From NCBI GenBank assembly GCA_020063565.1, contig JAICDB010000001.1, positions 33,056 to 97,055 on the forward strand: a stretch of DNA of 64,000 bases. The letters are read 5' to 3'. Positions 53,236 through 62,600 of the stretch are shown one piece after another. The DNA is from Clostridiales bacterium (GTDB lineage: Bacteria; Bacillota; DSM-16504; Desulfitibacterales; JAICDB01). Under the pieces are notes generated by a model. The model was not told the DNA's origin and made no database searches. It saw nothing but the letters and a program-made list of their open reading frames with translations. Made by a program: the position numbers and the translations under genes. The stretch's first letter is position 1. Every line of letters begins with the position of its first letter.

Positions 53236-55030
53236 TCTAGGAGCAGTCAACGGAAAACTTTTAAGGGTTAACCTAACAACTGGTAACGCTATAGTAGAGG
53301 ATATACCTCAAGAAATATATACAAAATATTTTGGCGGCAGGGGTGCCGGGACCAGGTATCTCTTCGATGAAGTGCCTACAGATACTGATCCTTTAAGTGA
53401 AAATAACAAGCTGATATTTTTAAACGGCCCTATGGCCGGTACCATGGCTCCCGGAAGCAACAAAATAGCAGTGACTTTTAAATCCCCTGCTACAAACGGT
53501 ATTGCTTCATCACTATGTGGTGGTCATTTTGGTCCTGAGTTGAAGTTTGCAGGTTATGATGCTTTGATAATTGAAGGAAAATCTGAAAAGCCTGTTTACC
53601 TCTGGATTCAAAATGATGAAGTTCAAATTAAAGATGCTTCTTCATACTGGGGCAAAAATATTCCTGAAACAGGAGAAGGAATTAAGAAGGAACTTGGTGG
53701 AGACGAAAACATTCATGTAGCTTGTATCGGCCCGGCAGGAGAAAACTTAAATGTAATAGCCTGCATTACAGCCGAAAGACACAGGGAATTTGGACGCCCC
53801 GGTGCCGGAGCTGTTATGGGTTCTAAGAACTTAAAAGCAATAGCTATCAAGGGAACTCAAGATGTTAAGCCTGCTAAAGCAGGAAAAATGGCTAATTATG
53901 TTAAGGAACTGTATAAAGAGTTTGCAAACAATCCCAAGGCAAACGCCAGAAGAAACTATGGAACAGTTGAAATGGTAGACGGTATCAATAAGCTCGGATT
54001 TTGGTCCACAAGAAACTTCAGCCAGGGGCAGTTTGAAGGTGCCGACAAATTAACAGGTCCAATGATGAGGCAGGAGATAGTTGTAGAAGACACTTCCTGT
54101 TATGCATGTCCTATTGCCTGCGGTAAAGTTTCCTGTGTAGAATCCGAAAAATACGGTACAGTTCATATCGAAGGGCCTGAATTTGAGACATTGGGGCTTT
54201 TAGGGCCAAACTGCGGCATAGGTGATTGGGAATATATCCTGAAAGCCGCAGAAGTATGTGACTATAACGGTATGGATACGATTTCTGCCGGGGCAACAGT
54301 ATCCATGGCTATGGAATGCTATGAAAAAGGAATAATTACAAAAGAAGATACCGGTGGTATAGAATTAAAATTCGGAAACGGTGAAGCATTGATTGCAATC
54401 CTGGAGAAAATGGCAAAAAGAGAAGGAATCGGCGATATTTTGGCTCAAGGGTTAAAGGTAGCTGCAGAGAAGTTTGGTGCGCCTGAACTGGCAATGCACA
54501 GCAAGGGAGTTTCGCCTGCAACCTATGACCCAAGAGGCAGCAAGGGGATGGCAGTAACCTATGCCACTTCACCTAAGGGTGCCCATCATATGATATCACC
54601 GACTATGGGGGCAGAAATTGCAGGTGACCGTTTTGCAGAAACAGGAAAGGCAGCTATGATCAAGGATACCCAGATCCAAATGGCGCTTGTCGATTCACTT
54701 GGTTACTGTTCAAGTATGAGATTTGTAATGCAGGTCGACCATCAGCTTGAACTCTTCAAGCTTTCCACAGGTTTGGAAATGACTAAGGAAGACTTTTATA
54801 CTGTGGGAGAACGGGTGCTCAACCTTGAAAGGCAGTATAACGTAAACTGCGGCATGACCAGAAAAGACGACAGCCTCCCCAAGAGATTCCTCAAGGAAGC
54901 AATGGAGGACGGTCCTAGCAAAGGACAAACAATAAACCTGGATTTAATGCTCGATGAGTTTTATGCGGAAATGGGCTGGGATAAAGACGGTAAACCAACA
55001 GAAGAAAAATTGGCAAGCCTTGGATTATAA
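53228..55030 (+). CDS. Tungsten-type aldehyde:ferredoxin oxidoreductase (AOR family)
   Basis: 600-aa ORF with the AOR N-terminal domain (GKLLRVNLTTG...YFGGRGAG), the cluster-binding context CYACPIACGK, and full-length resemblance to the AOR family. Confidence 0.85.
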   Translation: MANLGAVNGKLLRVNLTTGNAIVEDIPQEIYTKYFGGRGAGTRYLFDEVPTDTDPLSENNKLIFLNGPMAGTMAPGSNKIAVTFKSPATNGIASSLCGGHFGPELKFAGYDALIIEGKSEKPVYLWIQNDEVQIKDASSYWGKNIPETGEGIKKELGGDENIHVACIGPAGENLNVIACITAERHREFGRPGAGAVMGSKNLKAIAIKGTQDVKPAKAGKMANYVKELYKEFANNPKANARRNYGTVEMVDGINKLGFWSTRNFSQGQFEGADKLTGPMMRQEIVVEDTSCYACPIACGKVSCVESEKYGTVHIEGPEFETLGLLGPNCGIGDWEYILKAAEVCDYNGMDTISAGATVSMAMECYEKGIITKEDTGGIELKFGNGEALIAILEKMAKREGIGDILAQGLKVAAEKFGAPELAMHSKGVSPATYDPRGSKGMAVTYATSPKGAHHMISPTMGAEIAGDRFAETGKAAMIKDTQIQMALVDSLGYCSSMRFVMQVDHQLELFKLSTGLEMTKEDFYTVGERVLNLERQYNVNCGMTRKDDSLPKRFLKEAMEDGPSKGQTINLDLMLDEFYAEMGWDKDGKPTEEKLASLGL

Positions 55031-55096
55031 TATAATATCGGCCGGTAGCCCTTTTATGGGCACCGGCTGTAATTATGGTAGAAAAGAAGGGTTAAA

Positions 55097-55993
55097 ATGC
55101 CAGGATTGGTAAGTGTTTTAGTGGCTGCAACGGGTAATGGACTCTATCTAACTTTAAGTAAGCTTGTATTAGCTTCAAACTCCCCGGTACTCTTTGGTTT
55201 TTTTGTAATGGGCCTTACGGTACTTGTGATAGGAAGCTATATTGTCTATAAATTCGGTTTTAAAAAAGCTGTAGAAATCATTTTAAATTACTGGGTATTT
55301 CTGGTTATAGTGGGGTGTTTCAGTTCTTTATTAAATTTTCTTAATTTTGCAGGTTTAATATACAGCAGTGCCATTAACTCGGCAATTATTAACAGGCTCG
55401 ATGTCTTTTTTACTGCCTTACTTGGAGGAATATTTTTTGGTGAAAGACTTCAAAAGAATGATTGGCTAGCAGTACTTTTTATGATGCTAGGTGTATTTTT
55501 GGTATTAAGGATTGATTTTTCGCAGTTAACATTAAATACTGGAGATATTTTCTTTCTTATAAGCACTTTTTTGCAGGCGGTTAATGCCCAGTTCATACGT
55601 TATAAACTTACAGAAGTCCCCGGGCCTATCATAGCATTTTGTAACACAGGTATTTGCACAACTGTATATTTGTTTTCAAGTATCTTTTTGGAATACTGGG
55701 TTCAAATACAAGGTTTTGCCGGTTTTAGATTAATAACAATTATCTGCGGTTTACTCTTTGTTTTACAATTACTCTTGTATTATGGCGGGCTGAAAAAATT
55801 ACCTACCTGGCTGGCAAGAGCTTTGTATCTAGTAGCTCCGGTAGTTGGTACTGTCAGCAGCATTCTGTTATTAAACGAAAATTTTTATATAGAACAACTC
55901 TATGGAATGCTGCTTGTAGGAATTGGTGTTATCATTATATCTCTAGGACAGAAGAAAGTTAAAAAAAATCAAATATTGAAAGAAAGTATATAA
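55097..55993 (+). CDS. EamA/DMT-family transporter (10 TM)
   Basis: 298-aa hydrophobic ORF with duplicated 5-TM EamA-like halves. Confidence 0.75.
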   Translation: MPGLVSVLVAATGNGLYLTLSKLVLASNSPVLFGFFVMGLTVLVIGSYIVYKFGFKKAVEIILNYWVFLVIVGCFSSLLNFLNFAGLIYSSAINSAIINRLDVFFTALLGGIFFGERLQKNDWLAVLFMMLGVFLVLRIDFSQLTLNTGDIFFLISTFLQAVNAQFIRYKLTEVPGPIIAFCNTGICTTVYLFSSIFLEYWVQIQGFAGFRLITIICGLLFVLQLLLYYGGLKKLPTWLARALYLVAPVVGTVSSILLLNENFYIEQLYGMLLVGIGVIIISLGQKKVKKNQILKESI

Positions 55994-56070
55994 TTTTATA
56001 TATAACATTCCCTGCAATCCCTTAGTATCATTAGTAGTACCGGTTTTTATTATGGGTAAGTTGGGAACAA

Positions 56071-56112
56071 CGCAATTTGATATTGCTGTGCAATATTATA
56101 TTGCGTTTCTTG
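56071..56112 (+). promoter_or_regulatory. Long AT-rich hairpin / double palindrome in the glpK upstream region (terminator-like or operator)
   Basis: CGCAATTTGATATTGC-TGT-GCAATATTATATTGCG is a 16-bp stem with one mismatch and one G-T pair, followed by TTTCTT. It contains two GCAAT-N5-ATTGC palindromes (56072-56086, 56090-56104); a third copy lies at 56165-56179. Confidence 0.5.
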
Positions 56113-56323
56113 GATCTTAATAGTATTTAGACATAGTTGTGGTTTTTAATTCATATATTAAACTGCAATTATATATTGCATTAATTTTAGTTACTAAGAA
56201 GTTAGTCATATAAGTTGATGTTTATGATGTATATAGTATAGACTCACTAACTTACCTGTTTTGGCATAAATTTTGCGTTATTTATTTTTATATTAATGAA
56301 ATAAATCGGGGAGGGTTTAAAAA

Positions 56324-57814
56324 ATGGCAAAATATCTTTTGGCACTTGACCAGGGGACAACCAGTTCCAGGGCAATTCTTTTCAACCGCAAGGGAGAAAT
56401 TATTAAACAGTATAACCAGGAATTTAAACAGATTTACCCTCAACCTGGTTGGGTGGAACATGACCCGGAAGAAATCTGGGAAACACAACTGGCAGTAGCA
56501 CAGAAGGTATTAAAGGAAACCGGTGTGCAACCTGAAGAGGTTGCTGCCATAGGAATTACAAATCAAAGGGAAACCACCGTTATTTGGGATAAAAACACTG
56601 GTAAACCACTCTACAATGCCATAGTTTGGCAGTGCCGCAGAACAGCTGCAATCTGTAATGAATTAAGAGAAAAGGGTTTGGCCGAACCAATCCGAAAGAA
56701 GACAGGCCTCGTTTTGGATGCTTATTTTTCAGGTACCAAAATTAAGTGGCTTCTGGATAACGTTGAAGGCTTAAGAAAAAAGGCAGAAAATGGTGAAGTT
56801 TTTTGCGGAACGATAGATTCCTGGCTAATTTACAAGCTTACAGGTGGAAAGGTCCATGCAACCGATTACTCAAATGCCTCCAGAACAATGCTCTATAACA
56901 TTCATGAATTAAAATGGGATGAGGGGATACTTAAAAAACTAGATATTCCCGCAAAAATTTTACCTGAAGTTAGACCTTCCAGTGGCGATTTTGGTGTTAC
57001 TGTAAAAGAACTTTTTGGAGCCCAAATCCCAATTGCAGGTGTAGCAGGCGACCAGCAGGCGGCTTTATTCGGACAATGTTGTTTTGAAGAAGGTATGGCT
57101 AAAAACACCTATGGAACAGGTTGCTTTATGCTTAAAAATACAGGTACAGAACCTGTTCAGTCTCAAAACGGGCTGTTGACCACAATTGCTTGGGGGATGG
57201 GAGATAAAGTATATTATGCCCTGGAGGGAAGCATCTTTATTGCAGGTGCCGTTGTGCAGTGGCTTCGTGATGAACTGGGAATGATTAAAGATGCCGCGGA
57301 ATCTGAAGAGCTGGCTTTAAAGGTAGAAGATACCGGAGGCGTGTACCTTGTACCGGCTTTTGTAGGTTTGGGAGCGCCCCACTGGGATATGTACGCCAGG
57401 GGTACAATGGTTGGCATAACAAGGGGAACCAATAAAAATCATATTGTACGTGCAGCGCTAGAGGCAATTACGTATCAAGTTAAAGATGTTGTGCAGGTAA
57501 TGCTTGAAGATTCCGGTCTTGATCTCAAGAAACTTCGTGTAGACGGTGGAGCTGTAAAAAATAACTTCCTCATGCAGTTCCAATCTGATATGTTACAGGT
57601 TCCTGTAGAAAGACCGCAAGTAAATGAAACAACTGCCCTGGGAGCAGCATTTTTAGCAGGCCTGGGGATTGGTTTTTACAGCGACATTAGAGAAGTGGAA
57701 GAAACCTGGCAGTTGGATAAGACCTTTGAGCCCCAAATGGATGAATTACAAATGGAAGAAAAATACCAGGGCTGGAAAAAGGCAGTAGATAGGGCAAAAG
57801 GTTGGGTATCGTAG
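56324..57814 (+). CDS. glpK: Glycerol kinase
   Basis: 496-aa ORF; [18 protein letters not shown] and the rest are typical of the FGGY family and GlpK. The RBS is GGGGAGGG. Confidence 0.95.
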   Translation: MAKYLLALDQGTTSSRAILFNRKGEIIKQYNQEFKQIYPQPGWVEHDPEEIWETQLAVAQKVLKETGVQPEEVAAIGITNQRETTVIWDKNTGKPLYNAIVWQCRRTAAICNELREKGLAEPIRKKTGLVLDAYFSGTKIKWLLDNVEGLRKKAENGEVFCGTIDSWLIYKLTGGKVHATDYSNASRTMLYNIHELKWDEGILKKLDIPAKILPEVRPSSGDFGVTVKELFGAQIPIAGVAGDQQAALFGQCCFEEGMAKNTYGTGCFMLKNTGTEPVQSQNGLLTTIAWGMGDKVYYALEGSIFIAGAVVQWLRDELGMIKDAAESEELALKVEDTGGVYLVPAFVGLGAPHWDMYARGTMVGITRGTNKNHIVRAALEAITYQVKDVVQVMLEDSGLDLKKLRVDGGAVKNNFLMQFQSDMLQVPVERPQVNETTALGAAFLAGLGIGFYSDIREVEETWQLDKTFEPQMDELQMEEKYQGWKKAVDRAKGWVS

Positions 57815-57830
57815 AAGGAGGAATGACTCC

Positions 57831-59354
57831 ATGGGAAACTGGTTTAAAGTTATTATCATCGGGGGAGGCGCGACAGGTACCGGTATTCTCCGTGATCTGG
57901 CACTGAGGGGAGTAGATTGCCTGCTTCTTGAAAAAGAAGACTTTGCGACCGGTACAAGCGGCCGTTTTCACGGACTTTTGCACAGCGGTGCCCGTTATGC
58001 GGTTAAAGATCCCCATTCCGCCGAAGAATGCATCCAGGAAAACAAAATTTTAAAACAAATTGCTCCCGGTTGTGTGGAAGATACAGGAGGCTTGTTTGTC
58101 GCTACAGGTGAGGATGACCTTGCATACAGTGAAAAATGGCTTGAGGGTTGTAAAAATGCAGGGATAGAAGTGCAAGAAATATCTCCTCAGGAAGCGCTCT
58201 TGGAAGAACCTCGCCTGGCTAAGAATATAAAAAAGGTTTACCGCGTACCGGATGCTGCAATAGACGGTTTTCGCCTTTGTGCGGCTAATGTACGTTCTGC
58301 CGAAAAGAAAGGCGCTCAGGCCAGGAATTATACTGAAGTTATAGATATTATAAAAGAAGGTAACAAAGTAAAAGGAGTCATAGCCAAAGATTTGGTAACG
58401 GGAAAAGAAGAAGAAATTTACTGTGACATGATAATAAATGCAGCAGGGGCCTGGGCAGGGAAAATAGCTGCCATGGCCGGAGTGGATGTAAATATCGTGC
58501 CTGATAAAGGTGTTCTAGTTGTCTTCAATCATAGATTTACAAAAAATGTAATAAACAGGCTTAGGCCTCCCGGTGATGGTGATATTTTCGTTCCCCATGG
58601 CAGTGTAACTATTTTTGGAACAACCTCCAGAGAAACAACCGACCCTGAAGATAACGGAGCTACTAAAGAGGATGTATTAGCATTACTTGGAGAAGGTAGA
58701 AAGCTCATACCTGATTTAGATGAAATAAGGCTTATCAGAGCCTTTGCAGGGGTCCGCCCCCTCTACCAGCCGGATGGCGGGGGAACCGGGAGAAATGCAA
58801 CCAGAGATTTTTCTTTAATCGACCATGAAAAAGAGGCTGGGATTACAGGCATGGTCTCAGTAGTTGGCGGAAAACTTACCACATTTCGCCTGATGGCAAA
58901 TGCAGTTTCTGATTATGTCTGTACTATTCTCAAGATACCCGGTGAAAGTGTTACCGACCAAGAACCTTTAGTTGATGATTTTTGTAGACTAAAGCCCAAT
59001 TCGAAGAAGGAATTCCTTTGCCAGTGCGAGCAGGTAACTGAAGATATGCTTTTAGAAGCTGTAGAAGGCAAAAAGCGTATCTCATTAAGCGATGTCAGGC
59101 GTCTGACACGCCTGGGAATGGGACCCTGTCAGGGGACATTCTGTACCTTTAGGGCGGCCGGATTTTATCAAAAACAGAAGAAACTATCAGTTTCTCAAGT
59201 GAATGCTATGTTAGAAGAACATGTGCAGGAGCGCTGGAAAGGGAATCATCCTGTTCTTTGGGGAGGCCAGGCCCAGGAAGCTGAGATTACACGCGGAGTT
59301 TATTTAAGTCTTCTTAACCTGGATAAGCTGGAGAGGTGTGATGGTAATGTATGA
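57831..59354 (+). CDS. glpA: Anaerobic glycerol-3-phosphate dehydrogenase subunit A
   Basis: 507-aa ORF with the FAD fold IIIGGGATGTG and a C-terminal BFD-like [2Fe-2S] segment (CQCEQVT...GMGPCQGTFC). Confidence 0.85.
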   Translation: MGNWFKVIIIGGGATGTGILRDLALRGVDCLLLEKEDFATGTSGRFHGLLHSGARYAVKDPHSAEECIQENKILKQIAPGCVEDTGGLFVATGEDDLAYSEKWLEGCKNAGIEVQEISPQEALLEEPRLAKNIKKVYRVPDAAIDGFRLCAANVRSAEKKGAQARNYTEVIDIIKEGNKVKGVIAKDLVTGKEEEIYCDMIINAAGAWAGKIAAMAGVDVNIVPDKGVLVVFNHRFTKNVINRLRPPGDGDIFVPHGSVTIFGTTSRETTDPEDNGATKEDVLALLGEGRKLIPDLDEIRLIRAFAGVRPLYQPDGGGTGRNATRDFSLIDHEKEAGITGMVSVVGGKLTTFRLMANAVSDYVCTILKIPGESVTDQEPLVDDFCRLKPNSKKEFLCQCEQVTEDMLLEAVEGKKRISLSDVRRLTRLGMGPCQGTFCTFRAAGFYQKQKKLSVSQVNAMLEEHVQERWKGNHPVLWGGQAQEAEITRGVYLSLLNLDKLERCDGNV

Positions 59355-60621
59355 TGTTATAGTAATAGGTTCCGGTCTTTCAGGTTTAATATCTGCTTCT
59401 GTTTCCTCAAAGGCAGGTAAAAGTGTACTGGTAATTTCTAAAGGTCTCGGTAATATTTATTCTTCATCGGGATTTATAGATATTCTGGGATATTATCCTC
59501 CTGAAAGAAAACTGCCCCGTAAAAATATCAAAGAAGGCATGAAAGAATTATGTGCTTTTGGATCCCAGCACCCGTATAAAATTATCGGGCAAGAAGCTGT
59601 AGATGAGGCATGTGACTTTTTTATTAATTTAACTGAAATAATCGGCTACCCTTATTCAGGAAATAGTGAAGAAAACAAATTGCTTCCTACTGCTGCGGGA
59701 GCGCTTGCGCCTACTGCACTTGTTCCGCCTACTGCAACCTGTAATATTGCTGACTTTGAAAAGATTCTAGTGGTTGGTTTTGAAGAATATATAGACTTTT
59801 ACCCTTCCTATGTGGCAGAAAATCTGAAATGTGAATTTAAAAAACACAATTTAAATGCAGATGTGGAAAGTAAAACCGTGAAACTGGGTCTAGATACAAC
59901 AAGGGAACTTAATAGTTATGATATAGCTGTTCAAATGGAAAATTCCCAAATTTTTAACAGAGTTGTTGACGTATTAAAGGGTAAAGTGGGTAAAAATACA
60001 CTGGTGGCTATGCCCGCAGTCCTAGGGGTCACAAAATGGCAGCAGGTGTACTATGGCTTGAAAGAAGAACTAAACTGTGAAATTCTGGAGATTCCCACTT
60101 TGCCCCCTTCAATAACAGGTATGCGACTGGCTGAGGGTATAAAAGATTATCTTTCATCCCTTGAGGTAGAATTTCATATGGGCTATCAGGCTAAGGGAAT
60201 AACAGGGGATGGAACCTGCCAGGGAATTACAGTGGAATCTGCCGGAGGAAAAATTAAAACCTATAAAGCTGAAAGTTATGTCCTGGCCACCGGGGGGATA
60301 CTTGGAGGTGGAATTAACTCCACTCAAAGAACTTTTGAAGAAATGGTTTTCGGTATTCCGGTAGCAGCGCCTGACGGGAACTGGTCCGTAAATGACTTTT
60401 TTGCACCTGGCGGGCAGCCATATGCTTACAGCGGGATTAAGGTTAACGAAAAGCTTAATCCCCTTGATGAAAAGGGAAATGTTTTATTAGCAAATGTATA
60501 TTGCGCCGGAAAAAATTTAGCAGGTTATGACCCCTTTGTAGAAAAAAGCGGTAACGGGGTAGCTCTCACAACTGGTTATCAAGCTGGAGTGGCTGCCGTT
60601 AAAGGATGTGATCGCAAGTGA
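59341..60621 (+). CDS. glpB: Anaerobic glycerol-3-phosphate dehydrogenase subunit B
   Basis: MYDVIVIGSGLSG flavoprotein N-terminus. The start is ambiguous (GTG 59338, ATG 59341 or ATG 59347) and overlaps the glpA stop. Confidence 0.8.
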   Translation: MVMYDVIVIGSGLSGLISASVSSKAGKSVLVISKGLGNIYSSSGFIDILGYYPPERKLPRKNIKEGMKELCAFGSQHPYKIIGQEAVDEACDFFINLTEIIGYPYSGNSEENKLLPTAAGALAPTALVPPTATCNIADFEKILVVGFEEYIDFYPSYVAENLKCEFKKHNLNADVESKTVKLGLDTTRELNSYDIAVQMENSQIFNRVVDVLKGKVGKNTLVAMPAVLGVTKWQQVYYGLKEELNCEILEIPTLPPSITGMRLAEGIKDYLSSLEVEFHMGYQAKGITGDGTCQGITVESAGGKIKTYKAESYVLATGGILGGGINSTQRTFEEMVFGIPVAAPDGNWSVNDFFAPGGQPYAYSGIKVNEKLNPLDEKGNVLLANVYCAGKNLAGYDPFVEKSGNGVALTTGYQAGVAAVKGCDRK

Positions 60622-61802
60622 GTGATAACAGAAAAGAAATGCTGGACTTCTGCCTTAAGTGCAGTATTTGTCATACCCAATGTCCTATGGTTGCCAAAAA
60701 CCCCTCATACCCGGGGCCAAAACACCTTGGTCCCGAGGCAGAAAGGCTAAGACTGACAGGGAAAAATCCTTCTCGTGATGAGCAGAATAAATACCTGTCA
60801 TATTGCCTGAACTGCAAGCGCTGTGATGAGGCTTGCCCTCATGGAGTTAAACCCTCTGTCTATAATGTGAAAAACAAAACTTCTATAAATAATGCAGGCC
60901 AGGAAAGCTTAAGGGACTGGATTTTGGCTCACAATGACTGGTGGGGAAGAATAGCAGGTAAAATGCCGGGAGTAAGTAACTTCTTTCTTAAGAACCCCTT
61001 TATCAAAACGGGTATGAGCCTTCTTGGTATTGCACCGCAAAGAAGCTTTCCTGCCTATAAATCTAAAAAGTTAAAAATAGCAAGGGATACGAAAGATAAA
61101 AAAGCTGTCTATTTCCGCGGCTGCTATGCACGTTCCAATGAACCTGATATCGCCCAGTCTGTCATAAAATTGCTAGAATATGCGGGCTACCAGGTGGAAA
61201 TAGCGCCTCTGGGCTGCTGCGGAACTCCTGTGATAAGTAACGGTCTAATGACCGAAGCGAAAAAAATAGCGGAGAAAAATATTCAGACCCTATGCCAATA
61301 TGTGGAGAAAGGCTATAAAATTGTCAGCAGCTGCCCGAGCTGTACGCTGACTTTGAAAGAAGAATACGATGAATTTTTTGATATTCCAGGTAGCAAAAAA
61401 GTGTCTCAAAGTGTGTGGGATATCTTTGAACTGCTTCTACACGACAATGTAGAATTTCCTGGTTCGAATAAAAAATTTTCAAGGGTAATTTATCATGTTC
61501 CCTGCCACTTAAAAGCGCAGGGTATAGGAACACCGGCAGCTAACCTTATAAGAAAATATGTGGTTAACTCATTAAAGGTTATGGACAAGTATTGCTGCGG
61601 AATCTCAGGAACATTTGGATTCAAGAAGGAAAAATACGACTTGTCAATGAAAATAGGAAATGACCTTTTTGAAGAAATTAAAAAAGAGCCTTATTCGCTG
61701 GTATTAACCGACTGCGGTACTTGTAAGCTGCAGATCGAACAGGGGACGGGATTACATGTGATTCATCCCGTTGTTATACTGGCAGAAACAATTGAAAAAT
61801 AA
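60618..61802 (+). CDS. glpC: Anaerobic glycerol-3-phosphate dehydrogenase subunit C (Fe-S/CCG domain)
   Basis: 394-aa ORF with CLKCSICHTQCP and CLNCKRCDEACP clusters and two CCG-type Cys motifs (GCCGTP, YCCGISG). Confidence 0.85.
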   Translation: MSDNRKEMLDFCLKCSICHTQCPMVAKNPSYPGPKHLGPEAERLRLTGKNPSRDEQNKYLSYCLNCKRCDEACPHGVKPSVYNVKNKTSINNAGQESLRDWILAHNDWWGRIAGKMPGVSNFFLKNPFIKTGMSLLGIAPQRSFPAYKSKKLKIARDTKDKKAVYFRGCYARSNEPDIAQSVIKLLEYAGYQVEIAPLGCCGTPVISNGLMTEAKKIAEKNIQTLCQYVEKGYKIVSSCPSCTLTLKEEYDEFFDIPGSKKVSQSVWDIFELLLHDNVEFPGSNKKFSRVIYHVPCHLKAQGIGTPAANLIRKYVVNSLKVMDKYCCGISGTFGFKKEKYDLSMKIGNDLFEEIKKEPYSLVLTDCGTCKLQIEQGTGLHVIHPVVILAETIEK

Positions 61803-61908
61803 CGTAAGATTCTATTTATTAATAGCTTGAAAATCAAGGAAGAATGTTGATAAATGCTTTAAGTTAGTATATACTATGTATATACTTTAAAATGAGAGGA
61901 AGAATAGC

Positions 61909-62145
61909 GTGAAATCTCAAGTTAGAAAATGGGGCAATAGCCTCGGAATTCGAATACCTAAATTACTTGCAAAACAGGTAGGAATTGATGAAGGGACTCC
62001 CGTAGACATAGAGATAGCAGGTGAAAAAATTGAAATAAAACCCAGTGCAAAAATTACTTTAAAAGAACTCGTCTACCGCATTACTCCGGAGAACATGCAC
62101 GGTGAAGTGGATTGCGGTGAACCTAAGGGGCGAGAGGAATGGTAG
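61909..62145 (+). CDS. mazE: MazE/PemI-type antitoxin (SpoVT/AbrB fold)
   Basis: 78-aa ORF; VRKWGNSLGIRIPK is the typical swapped-hairpin motif. It overlaps the mazF start. Confidence 0.85.
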   Translation: MKSQVRKWGNSLGIRIPKLLAKQVGIDEGTPVDIEIAGEKIEIKPSAKITLKELVYRITPENMHGEVDCGEPKGREEW

Positions 62146-62477
62146 GAGAATATACTCCCGAACGTGGAGACATTGTATGGCTTCAGTTCAATCCACAGGC
62201 AGGGCATGAGCAAGCTGGAAGAAGACCTGCGCTGGTAATATCCCCTGCACTTTATAATGGGAAGGTAGGTTTAGCGTTATTATGCCCTATAACATCAAAA
62301 GAGAAAGGATACCCGTTTGAAGTAAAGCTTCCGGATAACCTGGAAATCAATGGAGTAGTATTAGCAGACCAGGTAAAAAGCCTTGATTGGCGAATAAGAT
62401 ATGCAGAATTTATTTGTAAAACCCCGGAGGAAATAACAGAAGAAGTACAGGAGAAAATCAGGTTACTAATAGACTAA
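62139..62477 (+). CDS. mazF: MazF/PemK-type endoribonuclease toxin
   Basis: 112-aa ORF with GDIVWLQFNPQAGHEQAGRRPALVISP and ADQVKSLDW, typical of the PemK family. Confidence 0.9.
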   Translation: MVGEYTPERGDIVWLQFNPQAGHEQAGRRPALVISPALYNGKVGLALLCPITSKEKGYPFEVKLPDNLEINGVVLADQVKSLDWRIRYAEFICKTPEEITEEVQEKIRLLID

Positions 62478-62478
62478 C

Positions 62479-62505
62479 TCCCCAGCAAAAACTGGGGAAT
62501 TTTTA
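62479..62505 (+). terminator. Intrinsic terminator after mazF
   Basis: TCCCCAG / CTGGGGA stem followed by ATTTTT. Confidence 0.7.
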
Positions 62506-62600
62506 TGTGCGCTCAGCATGGGCGTTGTCTATAGGGTGAAAGATAACTGCTATATACCGACGTACAGTGAACCTACTGTTTTTTTATGAAGTGGTATCAA

